From assembly GCF_009914755.1 (NCBI RefSeq), contig NC_060935.1: a stretch of 64,000 bases of DNA. One strand, 5' to 3'. The notes beneath the pieces are model-generated. The model was not told the DNA's origin, made no database searches, and was given only the letters and a program-made list of their open reading frames with translations. Both the position numbers and the translations under genes were made by a program. Source of the stretch: the human T2T-CHM13v2.0 reference genome, Homo sapiens. This document shows, piece after piece, positions 13,146-25,909 of this stretch (position 1 is its first letter; each line of letters starts with the position of its first letter).

Positions 13146-14589
13146 GATAAATACTTTTTTAAAAAATAAATCATTTTTAGTCCCAAGTATACTGACTCTA
13201 CCTGAATAGGTTGGACTACTTATAGTTAGAAGTTATCAGTAATATCACCTTATATACTCAAGACCTTATGACTTGTTTTTATCCTTATTATTCACAGAGC
13301 AAATTGATGGTTAACCACTGTCACTAATTGCCAGAGCCCTTGCTCTCAGACATGTACATACCAGCCAATACAAAGGCAATTCTTGGCCTAACTTCAACCC
13401 AGCAGAGCAGCCACTTGCAATCACTAAGCAGACAGAGAATCAAATTGCCTCTACGTCTTATTAATACAAGTTGAGATGATCTAAAGGAAAGGAATTGGTG
13501 TAGGTGAGGACCTATCTCTTGAAGATTTGAAGAAGATTTATGGTGTGTGCTGTTGGCAAATTGTTGCTATATTTCCACAACAAACCTATCCTTTGGTGCT
13601 ATGAATGTGTTTACAATGAAGATTAATGACAGAGTACACATTTTTAAATAACTTTTTGATGTTTTTGTATATAGAATGTATGGGAGCTTGCCATTCAATC
13701 TGGTCAGTAGCATTCTAAAATTATCTGAATGCATGCACCTGTGTTACACTACATTGGCTTAGATTATAGTCTTTTTCTTGTTCCCTACTATGTTTCTTCT
13801 GTCCTAAAAATCCTCTCAGATAGCCAACTGAGAGCTATTACCCAAACTGAAAACAGTCCTAGTTTCCAAATATACATCAAAGCCACTAAGTGACCCACAC
13901 TGAGTTTTTCCTAAACACAAAATTGATTTATATCATATGCATGCCCAGCTGATTACTTGTAGGAGGATCATCCTTTCCACCTGACTCCAGGTGCCTGTTC
14001 TGCCATGTCATTCTCAATATGACATCTGTAGAAGTTAAATACTCCTCTCTTAGAGAAAAAGATCCACTACTTTATCCCAATTGCGTATTACTATTGACAG
14101 TGGAAAACTGTACTACAGTTGGAATCTCATTTTACCTAACTCACAATGACTGGAAAATAGGTTTGAGGGAAGATGACTCCATTTTTAGAGAATCTTAGAT
14201 TATTCTGGTATTAAATTTGAAACAGTAATATTATAAATTCCCACTTCTAAAACTTCACTGAAGTTAATGAAAATTACCGATTTTCAGGGTAGTGCAGCTT
14301 CTTTGTGTCCCATATGGACATTACTCTTATACTTAGTACAGTTATTTAAAAATCAGAATTCTGTGGACACACTTATCTGTTTCTTTTCCTGAATATTTAA
14401 AAGTATAATAACTGCTTATGTGCTCAAATTAAGACTTATGTTAATCTTTAGCTTATTTTATTATTTTATTTTTACTTTGTTATTTGCTTTTATATTGTTT
14501 AATAATTCTTTATATGTCACCTATCAGTATCACTCACCATTCTTTTCATATCGCCTACCAGTGTCAATCTTCATTCTGTGATTACAAGT

Positions 14590-14710
14590 TTTAATAATAC
14601 CTGTAGTCTTTGTAAGAGCCTATAAGGTAGGTACTATTGTAATTTTTATAGATGAGGAAACTGAAGAAACACAATGATAAGCTACCCACAGCTAGTAAGT
14701 TGTGGGGAAT
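14590..14710 (-). mobile_element. MIR fragment
   Basis: Core motif TTTTATAGATGAGGAAACTGA..ACAGCTAGTAAGT. Confidence 0.7.
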
Positions 14711-14740
14711 TTAATCATGTATGTAAAGAATAATTATCTT

Positions 14741-15052
<312 letters not shown>

Positions 15053-16165
15053 CTATTTTTCTTGTAAATGTAGCAAAAGAAGGCAAAGTTTTCATGGACG
15101 TTTTCCTACTGCTTTACATCCTAATCACTTATAGATAGAACCTAGAATAACCAAATAAAGAATAAATTTAAAATTGCATGATATGAAATAAATGAGGCAG
15201 CCTTCTCTACAAGTTGAAATCATAATATTTTGCATGAATTGCCTAAAATATTTGCATTAGCTTTTTACAACTAAAAATGTACTAATCTTAGGTTGCTTAT
15301 GTAAGTGTTAACCTTAAAAAGTTTATGTATGCGCTAATTTAAACCAACAGAAGGCATTCTCAGGCCACTTAAAATAATCTCAAGGCAATATATCAGGATA
15401 TAAGTTAGGATATTTTACAAAATCCAAGACAGAACAAAGAATCAGGAGATGTAAGGACTTCTAGGATTTAGTATGAGTTCTGGCTTTTATTATGAGTTAG
15501 AGAGGAAGCCATTGAAGGATTTTGCCCAGTTATAGCAGTTAATCATCTTCCCTTGCCTTTATATATTTAAAACGTCAGGGATTGGCCCAACTTGATGTAA
15601 ACTTTGACTTGGAGATGCAAAGGATTTTGCTAGGGTCTGATCCTTCACTTGGCGCTTCTCAGTTCTGCTCTTGTCTGTGAGCAAATTACATCAACTCAAC
15701 TAGAGTGAAGTTCTGTGGTAGCTTTGTGACCTAGGAAAAATTAATTGTGTGAATGACTGACACATTTCCAATCAAATTAATCTCATCATTTTCACTTCAC
15801 TGTCTAAGAAATGATCTCCCTCTCTTTCCTCTTTCCTGTTGGGCTTGAAGCTGTGAAGAGGTAAGTTTGCTGCAATCAGCAGCCATCATGCTACTATATG
15901 AACCCTGTGACAGACAGATGCTCATCCATGAAATCAAGCATTCATTTCATTTCCATTTATTGCTATTTCTGCTTATTTGACTTTCTTTTAAACATACTTC
16001 CTTTACAGACACACACGTATGCCAGTAATAAAGTAGGCTACATGTATTCTCACTGATGTCCCATAAGAGACATAGAACATCTATGCAATAGTATTAAGGT
16101 TCTATATACTACATAATAGTAAGCAACAGTATTAAGGTTCTATTTGGTGGTTCTTGCTAGATTAC

Positions 16166-16234
16166 CTTTCAATCCTCAACCAAGAAGATAGAATGTCATA
16201 ATAGACTTTTTCCAGATACTGTCCATCTCCGGAG
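16166..16234 (-). CDS. MS4A4E: Putative 69-nt alternative MS4A4E exon ((C)SGDGQYLEKVYYDILSSWLRIE)
   Basis: Acceptor CTACTTTCTCCAG|, donor AAG|GTAATC; phase 2-2 and open in the frame continuing from the 16990 exon. Confidence 0.5.
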
Positions 16235-16989
16235 CTGGAGAAAGTAGACAGGTTAGCATTGAAAGAAGGAGGGCCTCACATTCCCATGAAAAGCGTGCAT
16301 GGAGAAAGGTGGATACAATAGATACGTGAGTGTAGGGCAGAATGAGAAATCCTATATACTGAGTTGGAAAATATGAATGTCCATGCAAATTCAATACTTT
16401 TTATCTTATCATAATGAAAATATCGCTTCCTCAAAAAGAACTTTCCTGGTTACTCTCTAATGACTCATATTTCACAACCACTACCAACAACCACTCTCCA
16501 GCACATTAATTCTTACAGTTAGCTTCTAACAGCATATAAAAATGTTTTGATTGTTTTATGTTAATCTGTGTCCTGTCCCATAAAAGTTTAACCTACAAGA
16601 GGAAGGATATTATCTCTCTTATTCACCGCTATTTTCTTATATGCTTAAAACAATGTCTGCCCCATTGTAGATACTTTACAAATATATGCTAAATAAAATG
16701 ATGAACTGACAAATATAAATAATATGTATATATGTACATATGTATATGTATTAATTAAAGCTTTTGAGGCTCCATATGTACCAGAGTACTAATTGCTCTA
16801 TCTTTATTATACCAAGAAATTATCATAGGTCTATGGGCCAGACAATATTATTACTATTTTGTTGAAGAGAAATATGAAGCACAGATAAATTTTGTGGCAT
16901 GTTCATAGCTACATAGGTAGTAAACAACAAAGATGGGATAGCAAGATGAAAACCCAGGGTTGTCTGATTAGAAAGTCCACATTATTTAC

Positions 16990-17096
16990 CACCATACAGT
17001 ACTGTCGACATCAACATTTAGTCTCTTTCCATCATATTGCATCTGAATAGAAAGGAGGTAGCACATGAAAGTATTGCTTCTAATTTTATTTTTGCT
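16990..17096 (-). CDS. MS4A4E: Putative 107-nt alternative MS4A4E exon (SKNKIRSNTFMCYLLSIQMQYDGKRLNVDVDSTVW)
   Basis: Acceptor TTTTTTATTGCAG| at 17097/17096 (a second in-frame acceptor CTTTCTATTCAG| at 17042); donor GTG|GTAAAT; open in frame with exon 6. Confidence 0.5.
17085..17090 (-). terminator. AATAAA polyadenylation signal of the ancestral MS4A4-type 3'UTR
   Basis: TTTATT on the + strand ~870 nt past the ancestral stop, in sequence resembling the MS4A4A 3' end; another AATAAA at 17644-17649. Confidence 0.6.
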
Positions 17097-17732
17097 CTGC
17101 AATAAAAAAGCAAATGTAATTAACAAACATTAACAAATACCATATGTTGCACATTTCCATATGTGACACAGGATACACATTTGATTAAGATATAATTCTG
17201 CCCAGCAGAAGGTGGGGGAAGGGAGAGGAAGAAGAAAAAATAGAAAATATAAGTTGAATCTGATCCTTCATATGATTTTTACTCCATGTATACCTTTACT
17301 GAAATGATAGCTTGTGCACATGCAAGGACTGACTATACTATTCCAAGGTACTTTCTATGGGTGAAGGAAAGCAGAAGGAAAAGGAGGGGGGAGAAGGGCA
17401 TGAATCTCCACTTCATGAAGGAAAAAGCACTTTGGTCCCCAAATATGGCAGAAAAAAAGTCAAGTAAGTGAGAGGAATGTTATACAGGGGAGCAGAAGTA
17501 TGTGTTTTGCATGGAGACCTCGTTTTAGCAATACCTTTTTGCCCTTCTGCTTCCAAATCTTATTTGCCAGTTTAATGCCTTTATATAAAGTCCTAATGAT
17601 GAATGAAAACCTTTCAAGTGCTGCTGCCTCATTAAATGCATTATTTATTAATTTAACTTCTAGTACTCTCGATAAAGGGCCAATGAAATTAGTTGTTGAG
17701 TTCCAGGGGAAAAAATGAGAACAAAATTTTGA

Positions 17733-17779
17733 ATATATACACACACACACATATATATATATGTATATATATATATATG

Positions 17780-17811
<32 letters not shown>
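17733..17811. repeat. Compound (CA)/(TA) microsatellite in the ancestral 3'UTR
   Basis: Directly visible. Confidence 0.95.
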
Positions 17812-17956
17812 GAGGTCATAATTGGATTCCATATAATAATGATATCAATATGTCTATCAGTATTGGAGTTGGATTCTGGTACTTTCTCATGTGGGGTTCT
17901 TGTGTTACAGTCAGCATAGATTTCTGGAGCATTCTTCTGTTAATCTTTTGGTGGCA

Positions 17957-18028
17957 TCAAACTGTCTTAAGTGGTGTGGGAGATGCTATTTCTGCCATGT
18001 GAGAATTTGATGGTGTAATTAGCACAAA
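17957..18028 (-). CDS. MS4A4E: MS4A4E ancestral exon 7 coding part (FVLITPSNSHMAEIASPTPLKTV*); acceptor defective
   Basis: Matches the MS4A4A C-terminus [23 protein letters not shown]; TGA at 17957-17959; preceded by TG rather than AG. Confidence 0.8.
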   Translation of the reverse strand, partial: FVLITPSNSHMAEIASPTPLKTV

Positions 18029-19439
18029 CAATCAGAATGCCATAGGTGAGTCACCCAAATCACCTCAGAGTGCCCCTTTCCTGCCCACATAAAGTCATCA
18101 TTATCAGAGTTTACTCTTTTCTTCTCTGATTCATTCTCAATATCAGTCATGTGGGGATTCTCAGTCATTCTTTAGATCAGGCTAGATTTAGGACACAACA
18201 TTCAGTGATAGCTCTTGACCTGAGCTGCTGATGACCACTGCCCTGGTCTCGCAAGAGGATCAATCTTACATGTGGATGACAGTGCACAATATGATGGGTA
18301 AACCAAGGTATCATGAAAAATATGGGGCTCTTCTTCCAAACCAGGTTGTTCATGCTGATGACATCAACATACCCAAATCATGATTTGCTGGTTACAAATA
18401 AAGCATTGCAAAAACCACACTGGCCTGGAATAGCAGGTATCATCACAAAACTAAGAAAAGTTCTGGTTATTCTTCCACAAACTCAGTGCAACATTCGATT
18501 GGTAGGGCACGGTGGGGGACCAGGAAGAGATAGAGATTTAGCCAAGATATGCCCCAAAGCCACTGCTTTTCTGGACTCAAACCAGGGGATTAGGGAAACA
18601 ACATTCCCCAGCTTCTATGCAAAGAGCCAAAGGGAACACAGACTTAAATATCATGACATGAAAGTTACTTCACTTGATGAAATTACAAAATCATTGGTAA
18701 TTGCTGAGAATCTCTCACCTCTAGGGTTTTACAATGCAAAACCCCACCACTAGAGTTAATGCGCTATAGTCAATCTCTCTTCTATGAGGGAGGGTTGTCG
18801 GGGAGTGGGATATGGTATTGCCTGGGAATCCCTAAAGAAGACAGAGAGGCACAAAATGATGGAGAAGGGCACCAGAGAAACAATCTCCTCAAACTACAAT
18901 TACTTTATTCTTTGGCTGACGGTTTTGTCTGCCTTTCAGACTTTGGGTAATGAAGCTAATGAGTAGCTGTTGGGGTTTTACTATCCATTTCCTCATTCTG
19001 GAACCCTCAATTCTAGGAGGATATCCCACCCCATTATTCTTAGAGCCTCTTTCTTGATTTCTTCTCTCCTTCCATTCCTCACTTTCCTCTCTCTGTGTAA
19101 CTTTCTTTTGGCTTAACTGCCAGGAGCATCTGCTGCAGGTCTCAGGGTAAGAGAGTGGGCAGGTGGGCACAGACTGATAGAGAAGTCTGAGATCATGACA
19201 TTCCTTCCGTATTCCAGGAAAAGTTGTTGTAATAGGATAATAGAATAAAACCAAGTACTTTTGGGGACCTCTTCATTGTGAAATATTTTCTTATCTGGAT
19301 TCAGAGGTTATGCCCTTTGAGAAAGGAAGGGGAAAAAGAGCTTTTATTTAGCTCTTGTGCTAGGCAGAGTTCTAAGGTGACACTCACTGACCCCTTGTGA
19401 TTCCCTTCTCTCAAGTGTGGATGAAACCTGTGTATAAGA

Positions 19440-19844
19440 TGGGATACAAGTCCCGTATGTAGGACTGATTTGTTGACTTTCAGTTTATAAAAAAACTCAT
19501 TATTCTGGATGGACCTCATCTCTTCATGTGAATGCTTTATGAGAGGATTAAAGCACTAGAGACTCTGGCTCTCCTGCTGGTCTCAAAGAAAAAGTACATT
19601 GTCATGAGTCCTCAACTTAAAGGAAATTAATTCCGCCACATTCACATGAAAGAGAATCAGAAGCTTTAGACAAGGCCACAGCCCCGGCCAACTCCCTGAT
19701 GACAGAGTCATAAGATCCTGAACCAAGGACCCACATCCACTGGGCCCAGACTCTTGATCCATGGAAACTGAAATATAATGAATGTGTACTGTGTTAAGAC
19801 TATAAGTTTGTTTAACTGATTATACAGCAATACAAAAGTAATAC
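19440..19844 (+). mobile_element. MLT1 MaLR LTR (diverged)
   Basis: CCCAGACTCTTGATCCATGGAAACTG..TAAGTTTG..GCAATACAAAAGTAATACA end motif; start approximate. Confidence 0.65.
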
Positions 19845-19874
19845 AGATACCTTCAAATGAAGGCCAATACTGAC

Positions 19875-19976
19875 CTCACTGGGGCTACAACAAAGCACTT
19901 TACATCCAAAGGCAGAGAGGGACACAGCAATGCAGAATTCCAGCACACTTAAGAGGAGCACCATGCCATCCGTACC
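19875..19976 (-). CDS. MS4A4E: MS4A4E exon 6 (TM4: [34 protein letters not shown])
   Basis: 102 nt, TTTTCTCCTAG| acceptor, |GTCAGT donor; nearly identical to the MS4A4A TM4 exon. Confidence 0.93.
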
Positions 19977-20339
19977 CTAGGAGAAAACTCATAACAAGGG
20001 AATGTGAGAAATGGAGATGACAAGTGAAAACATTTCCCAGCAACCACAATGTCATAAGAGAAAAAGCACTGGCTGGGAGTCAGGAAACCTGCCTCCCAAT
20101 GGCAGCCATACCCTTGACCAATTCTTGATCTGCTGAAGTAGCTTCTCACTTTTTTCACTAATAAAATAATCACAGACATTTATTCCCTAGTTCAGCACCT
20201 CCCAGTGCTATTGTGGGCATGGAAGATGAAAGTGCTTTAAAATGTTAGGAAGGTAGTATAAAGATAATTGTCATCATATCCTATTGAGTACTAGAAACTC
20301 ATATCATTGAGAAAATACTATGATTCCATATCTTCGTGA

Positions 20340-20890
20340 TTGTAAGCAGAGTAATGGTCCCCCAGGGAGGTCTGCATCCTAGTCCCCTAATCCTCAGCTT
20401 CTGGGGATTTGAATGCAGACCTCCCTGGGGGGACCATTGTTCTTTTTGCACAACAAAAAGGATTAAATTTGCAGCTGAAATCAAGGTTGCTTATTAGCTG
20501 GAATGAGAGAATTTTCCTGGATTATTCAGGTGGGTTCAAAGTAATGACAGAATCCTTATAAGTGGAAGCAAGAGGCAGAATAGAGTTCAAGAGAGTTTTG
20601 AAGATGCTGCATTGCTTGATTTGAAGGTAGAGGATGGGATGACAAACCAAGAAAGGTAGGCAGCCTACAGAAGCCAGAAAAGGCAGTAAAACTTATTGTT
20701 GCCTAAGCCTTCAGAAAGGAGTACGGCCTTGCCCACACTGATTTTAGCCCAGTGAGACCCACTTTGAACTTCTGACCTCCAGAAACAGAAGATAACCAAA
20801 CTGTATTGTCTTGAGACACTAAATGATTTTATATGGTTCTGCCTAATGATTTGTAGTAATTTGTTACAGTAACAATAAGAAGCTAATACA
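20340..20890 (+). mobile_element. MLT1 MaLR LTR
   Basis: TGTAAGCAGAGTAATGGTCCCC start; GATTTTAGCCCAGTGAGACCC..TTCTGACCTCCAGAA..TAATTTGTTACAG..GCTAATACA end. Confidence 0.8.
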
Positions 20891-21309
20891 ACAATGAACA
20901 TCAAGTAGGTCAGTCTTTAATCCATCTCCCCAGAGCACTGGCTTTAGGGCTAGTCTTCAGCCAAGAAACATAGTCAAAATTTGGAGAACAATTGGGCAGT
21001 ACACTTATTTCTATTAATTTTACCCCGGACTGATGCAGCGATTATCTGGTTTAAATATTCTCTCTTTTTCTCTCCATGGTTAGGGATAGTCCCTCTGTTG
21101 CGGAAGAGCCAATAGACCAAGAGCTCAGGATATGAGTGAGGCAGACTTAAGGAGACCTTGAGAATATTTGCATTCATTGCTTTTTTATTTTCTTGTGCCT
21201 TCAACAGCTATAGCGGCCTCTGTGTTTCAAACATTGTTGTAGGCACAGAATATAGAACAGCAAACAAAACAGACAATTCCCCTGTCTTCAAGGATTTTAC
21301 CATCTAGAA

Positions 21310-21510
21310 GTGTAGACTAGAAGATGGCAAGCTTTCCGTAAAGGCCAGATAATGTACATTTTAGGTTTTGCAGACCGTAAGGTCTCTGGCACACACATTC
21401 AAACCTGTTATTATAACACAAAAGCAGCAATACACAATATGTAAATAAATGGGTTCGTTACATTTCAATAAAACTTTATTTACAAAAACAAATACAGGGC
21501 TGGACTTCCA
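21310..21510 (+). mobile_element. MER58A-like hAT DNA transposon
   Basis: GTAAAGGCCAGATA..TTTTAGGTTTTGCAGACC..CAATAAAACTTTATTTACAAAAACA motifs. Confidence 0.75.
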
Positions 21511-21526
21511 AAAACATAGCATGTAT

Positions 21527-22228
21527 ATAGACCTGTGGACTGATTGTGCAGGTGCCCAGGCAAGAATAGACCCGTTGCTTCAAATCCCAGGAAGCCCTTA
21601 TGGAGGTCCCCTGCTATAAAAACAGGCATAAAAATGTTTACACAATTAACAGGAATTCATCATGGACTCTGGGAAAGGTGACTGAAATGAATGCAGGACC
21701 AGCTATGTAATTTATAGACTCTCTTATTAAAATTACATATATATCTTAGCTTGAGCTATACGAAACTGCTGTCTTTCTAGGTTAAGTATAGTTGATCATT
21801 GGCAATTTCATATGGTTCTGCCTAATGATTCCGGGTGGTAGACTCTAACTACTTTTTTCTAGAGCTCAACTTTTTCTGGCCTCTTTAATAATTATATGCT
21901 TTCCAGCATTTCTATCTTTTTCTTCCAGGAGAACCAAAGTTCCTTTGTGGTAGGGAACTGTTCTCTTTCTTATGTCTACCGGGGTGCCAACCCTGTGATG
22001 GGGCATACACTATGGGCTCATAGACCTGTGGACTGAATGTAAAGGTGCCCAGGCAAGAAGAGACTCATTGCTTCAAATTCCAGAAAGCTCTTATGGAAGT
22101 CCTCTGCTATTAGAACAGGCATAAAAATGTTCACACAGTTAATAGGAATTCATCATGACCTCTGGGAAAGGTGATTGAGATGAATGCAGAACCAGCTACG
22201 TAATTTACAGAGTGTCTTGTTTAAAATT
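21527..22228 (+). repeat. ~205-bp direct duplication (21527-21734 and 22020-22228)
   Basis: Both copies run ATAGACCTGTGGACTGA..GGTGCCCAGGCAAGAA..AACAGGCATAAAAATGTT..GGAATTCATCATG..CCAGCTA.GTAATTTA.AG; roughly 85% identity by eye. Confidence 0.92.
21745..21827. mobile_element. MADE2-like mariner MITE
   Basis: ~80 bp with diverged TIRs, right end GGCAATTTCATATGGTTC..CCTAA. Confidence 0.65.
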
Positions 22229-22912
22229 TTTAAAAATAATTTCAAGATAGCAACAGCAGAGCATTAGACCAAGCACAGGGCTCTTCTAACTCTGAGGTCC
22301 TGAGTAACTGCACAGGTCCCATGCCCACGAAATCAGCCCTATGAACCTGGCCAATTCCAGATTTTGTCTCTATCATTGTGCCATTAAAGTCTATGAATGA
22401 AGAGAGCCTCATAAACTAAAAGTAAGGTTCTTCTTCGGGATAGCAATAGCAAATAAGAGGGAAATTAGAGACAAGAAGTTCTACAATTGAATCTTGCTTT
22501 TGCCAATTTCTAACTGAGTGACATTGGGAAAATTTGTCAAATTCTCAAAAGAAACTTTCTTTTCTTATCTTGAGTGAGTGGCAAGAAATAAAATTACTTA
22601 CTATAAAAAGCATTAGATATCTCAAGGGAAGTAAATTAGTTTCGCAAAGACACCTCAAGCGGTTATTTTGGTGTGACTACGTAGCCCTCAAGACTATGTG
22701 GGATTAGCTAGAAATGAAGTAAACAGAATGCAGTTGATTCTGTCTAGTAAGTTAGGAAGAGTGTTGAGTTTCCACATACACATGAGGGAAGGGCACAGTG
22801 AGGAAAAGAACTAAGCAGCAAGGCGAAAGGCTGAAAGTTCATAGAGAGGAAAAGTAACTGAAAGTTTGGTGGTGTTGAAAATGACCAGTAGGCTTTTTAA
22901 TAATAAAGATTT

Positions 22913-23301
<389 letters not shown>

Positions 23302-23526
23302 TTACCCAATGGCCCAAAACATCAAGAACTTTTATTACTTACAAAATGTTGTGTAAGTGGTAATTTTCAGAATAAAGCAATTGAGATAGCATTGAAATAA
23401 GGACAACTGGTACAAAAAAAGTAGTAAAATTCAGAATGGAGATTGAGAATTTTTCAGGTGCCACATGTTGAGGATAAAAGTGGTTAACGTTGCAAGAACA
23501 TCCAAAGATGTGGGAAAGGATACTGA

Positions 23527-23890
<364 letters not shown>

Positions 23891-24255
23891 GGGACTGACT
23901 TTTTGACGCCATTTTTAGAGGGGTCTGGAGGAGATAACAGTAGACACTGCATCAATGTTTTAAAATTAAACAGAAAAATTTATGCAAAATGCCCAGCCCA
24001 GTAACTATTAAGGAGTAGGTGTTCTATAACTATAAGCTTTCTTCCCATTTTGCCTCATCACATATAGAGGAAAAATAAAGACAGAGATGAGATGTGTACC
24101 TGACTCCTAAATGAAAGATTATTCTATTTCTCAATCACTTACAACTTCCAAAGTCATTCAGCAATTAGGAAATGATAATTATTGTTGTTGCCAGAGCCAG
24201 CACTCCCCTAAACTTGCTTCTATGATAATATCTCATGAAAAGAGAAAACACTCAC

Positions 24256-24414
24256 CATTAAAATGGACATAGTCATGTAACAATTACTTGACAACTGATC
24301 GTGGTTACAGTAATGGTAACGGAATGAATAAAACGTCAAGCTTATTGCATTGATTAAGATCCCTGATATAGCCAAGACTGAACTGGTGATATTCTTTCCT
24401 AGACTACCTCCAAC
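24256..24414 (-). CDS. MS4A4E: MS4A4E exon 5 (TM3 and extracellular loop: [53 protein letters not shown])
   Basis: 159 nt, TTTCTTTCTAG| and |GTGAGT; homologous to MS4A4A with both loop cysteines kept. Confidence 0.93.
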
Positions 24415-24532
24415 CTAGAAAGAAATGAAAATTAATTAAGCAATCCAACATCATCCTCAGATATATCTCTGTTAATTACTTTACACTGCTGTCTACCTTT
24501 ATCTTATTTCAATAGTCTTCTAACTTGTCTCC

Positions 24533-24736
<204 letters not shown>

Positions 24737-25136
24737 TTATCATTGTTCTAAACACTGCTTGCCTCTCATGCCTCTCTACATTTTAAATTATTTTTCTCGG
24801 TTGTGTATTCCTTTTTGTACTTTCTCTTCTCATGGGTAAGGTAAGGAGGCTTTTTATAAGTATTAAAATTACACAGGAAAGTGTGAAGAGTGTAGTGTGG
24901 CTGCAGGTCCCGGCAGACACTAGGAAGTTGGGTTAGGCCAGATTTGGAAAACCGATATTGATCATGCTCCAGAGTTTGATATTTATCTTTTGAACAAAGA
25001 AAACTCAAATAGTGTTTAGCCAGAAAAACCCTTGTTGAGATCTTGGCTTTTGCATTTTATTGGCTTTATGAAAGGCATCTTGACATGAGAGTTACATTTT
25101 AAATTTGCTGCTTCTTATGTAATAATTTTATTGTGA

Positions 25137-25487
<351 letters not shown>

Positions 25488-25852
25488 AGAATCTACCTTT
25501 TAATCAATTGGTCAATAAACATTATGCCACACCAATACTTGGTGTGACTGTCATGGGCTGAATCCCAAGCTGCAGAGCTTTTTTGAGTGATCCCACTTCA
25601 TATTTGTTCTAAATAATTTTCCATATCTTCATAAAGATTCCCTCATCAACTACCTTGACAAAATATCCATTATTATGTCAGTAATTCTATCATTAGCCTT
25701 ATCGTAATTTTTGAGACAGATCCTGCTAAGTAAAATGCATAGTTGCTCCTGACTTTTTTAAAAACAAACAAACAAAACCTGTTTTATACCCTGGCAGAAT
25801 ACATTATTGATTAATCCTTTCCTTTTGATACCCCCCACAAAACATTACTCAC

Positions 25853-25909
25853 CAGACCTTTTGTTGTTCTAATTCCTGCTGCAACTGATAAGGATACTGA
25901 AATAATAAA
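25853..25909 (-). CDS. MS4A4E: MS4A4E exon 4 (ancestral 57 nt FIISVSLSVAAGIRTTKGL; usable form 25853-25896, 44 nt)
   Basis: Homologous to MS4A4A FIISGSLSIAAGIRTTKGL; donor |GTGAGT intact; ancestral acceptor reads AT (25911-25910); cryptic TTTCAG| lies 13 nt inside. Confidence 0.9.

Noticed and set aside
11573-13150. Numerous overlapping Pro/Gly/Arg-rich ORFs
   Set aside because: Artefacts of the GC-rich SVA VNTR/SINE-R. Only the frame reachable from the 13075 acceptor was kept, as a hypothesis.
13142-13160. Alternative SVA acceptor TATCGAG|TGCTCAATGG giving SAQWCPGWSAVA*
   Set aside because: The 5' truncation removed the pyrimidine tract (preceded by AAAAAAGTATTTATC), so it is weaker than the 13075 acceptor.
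18313-19254. 146-aa and 121-aa ORFs in MS4A4E intron 6
   Set aside because: No recognisable domain or supporting gene structure; consistent with chance ORFs.
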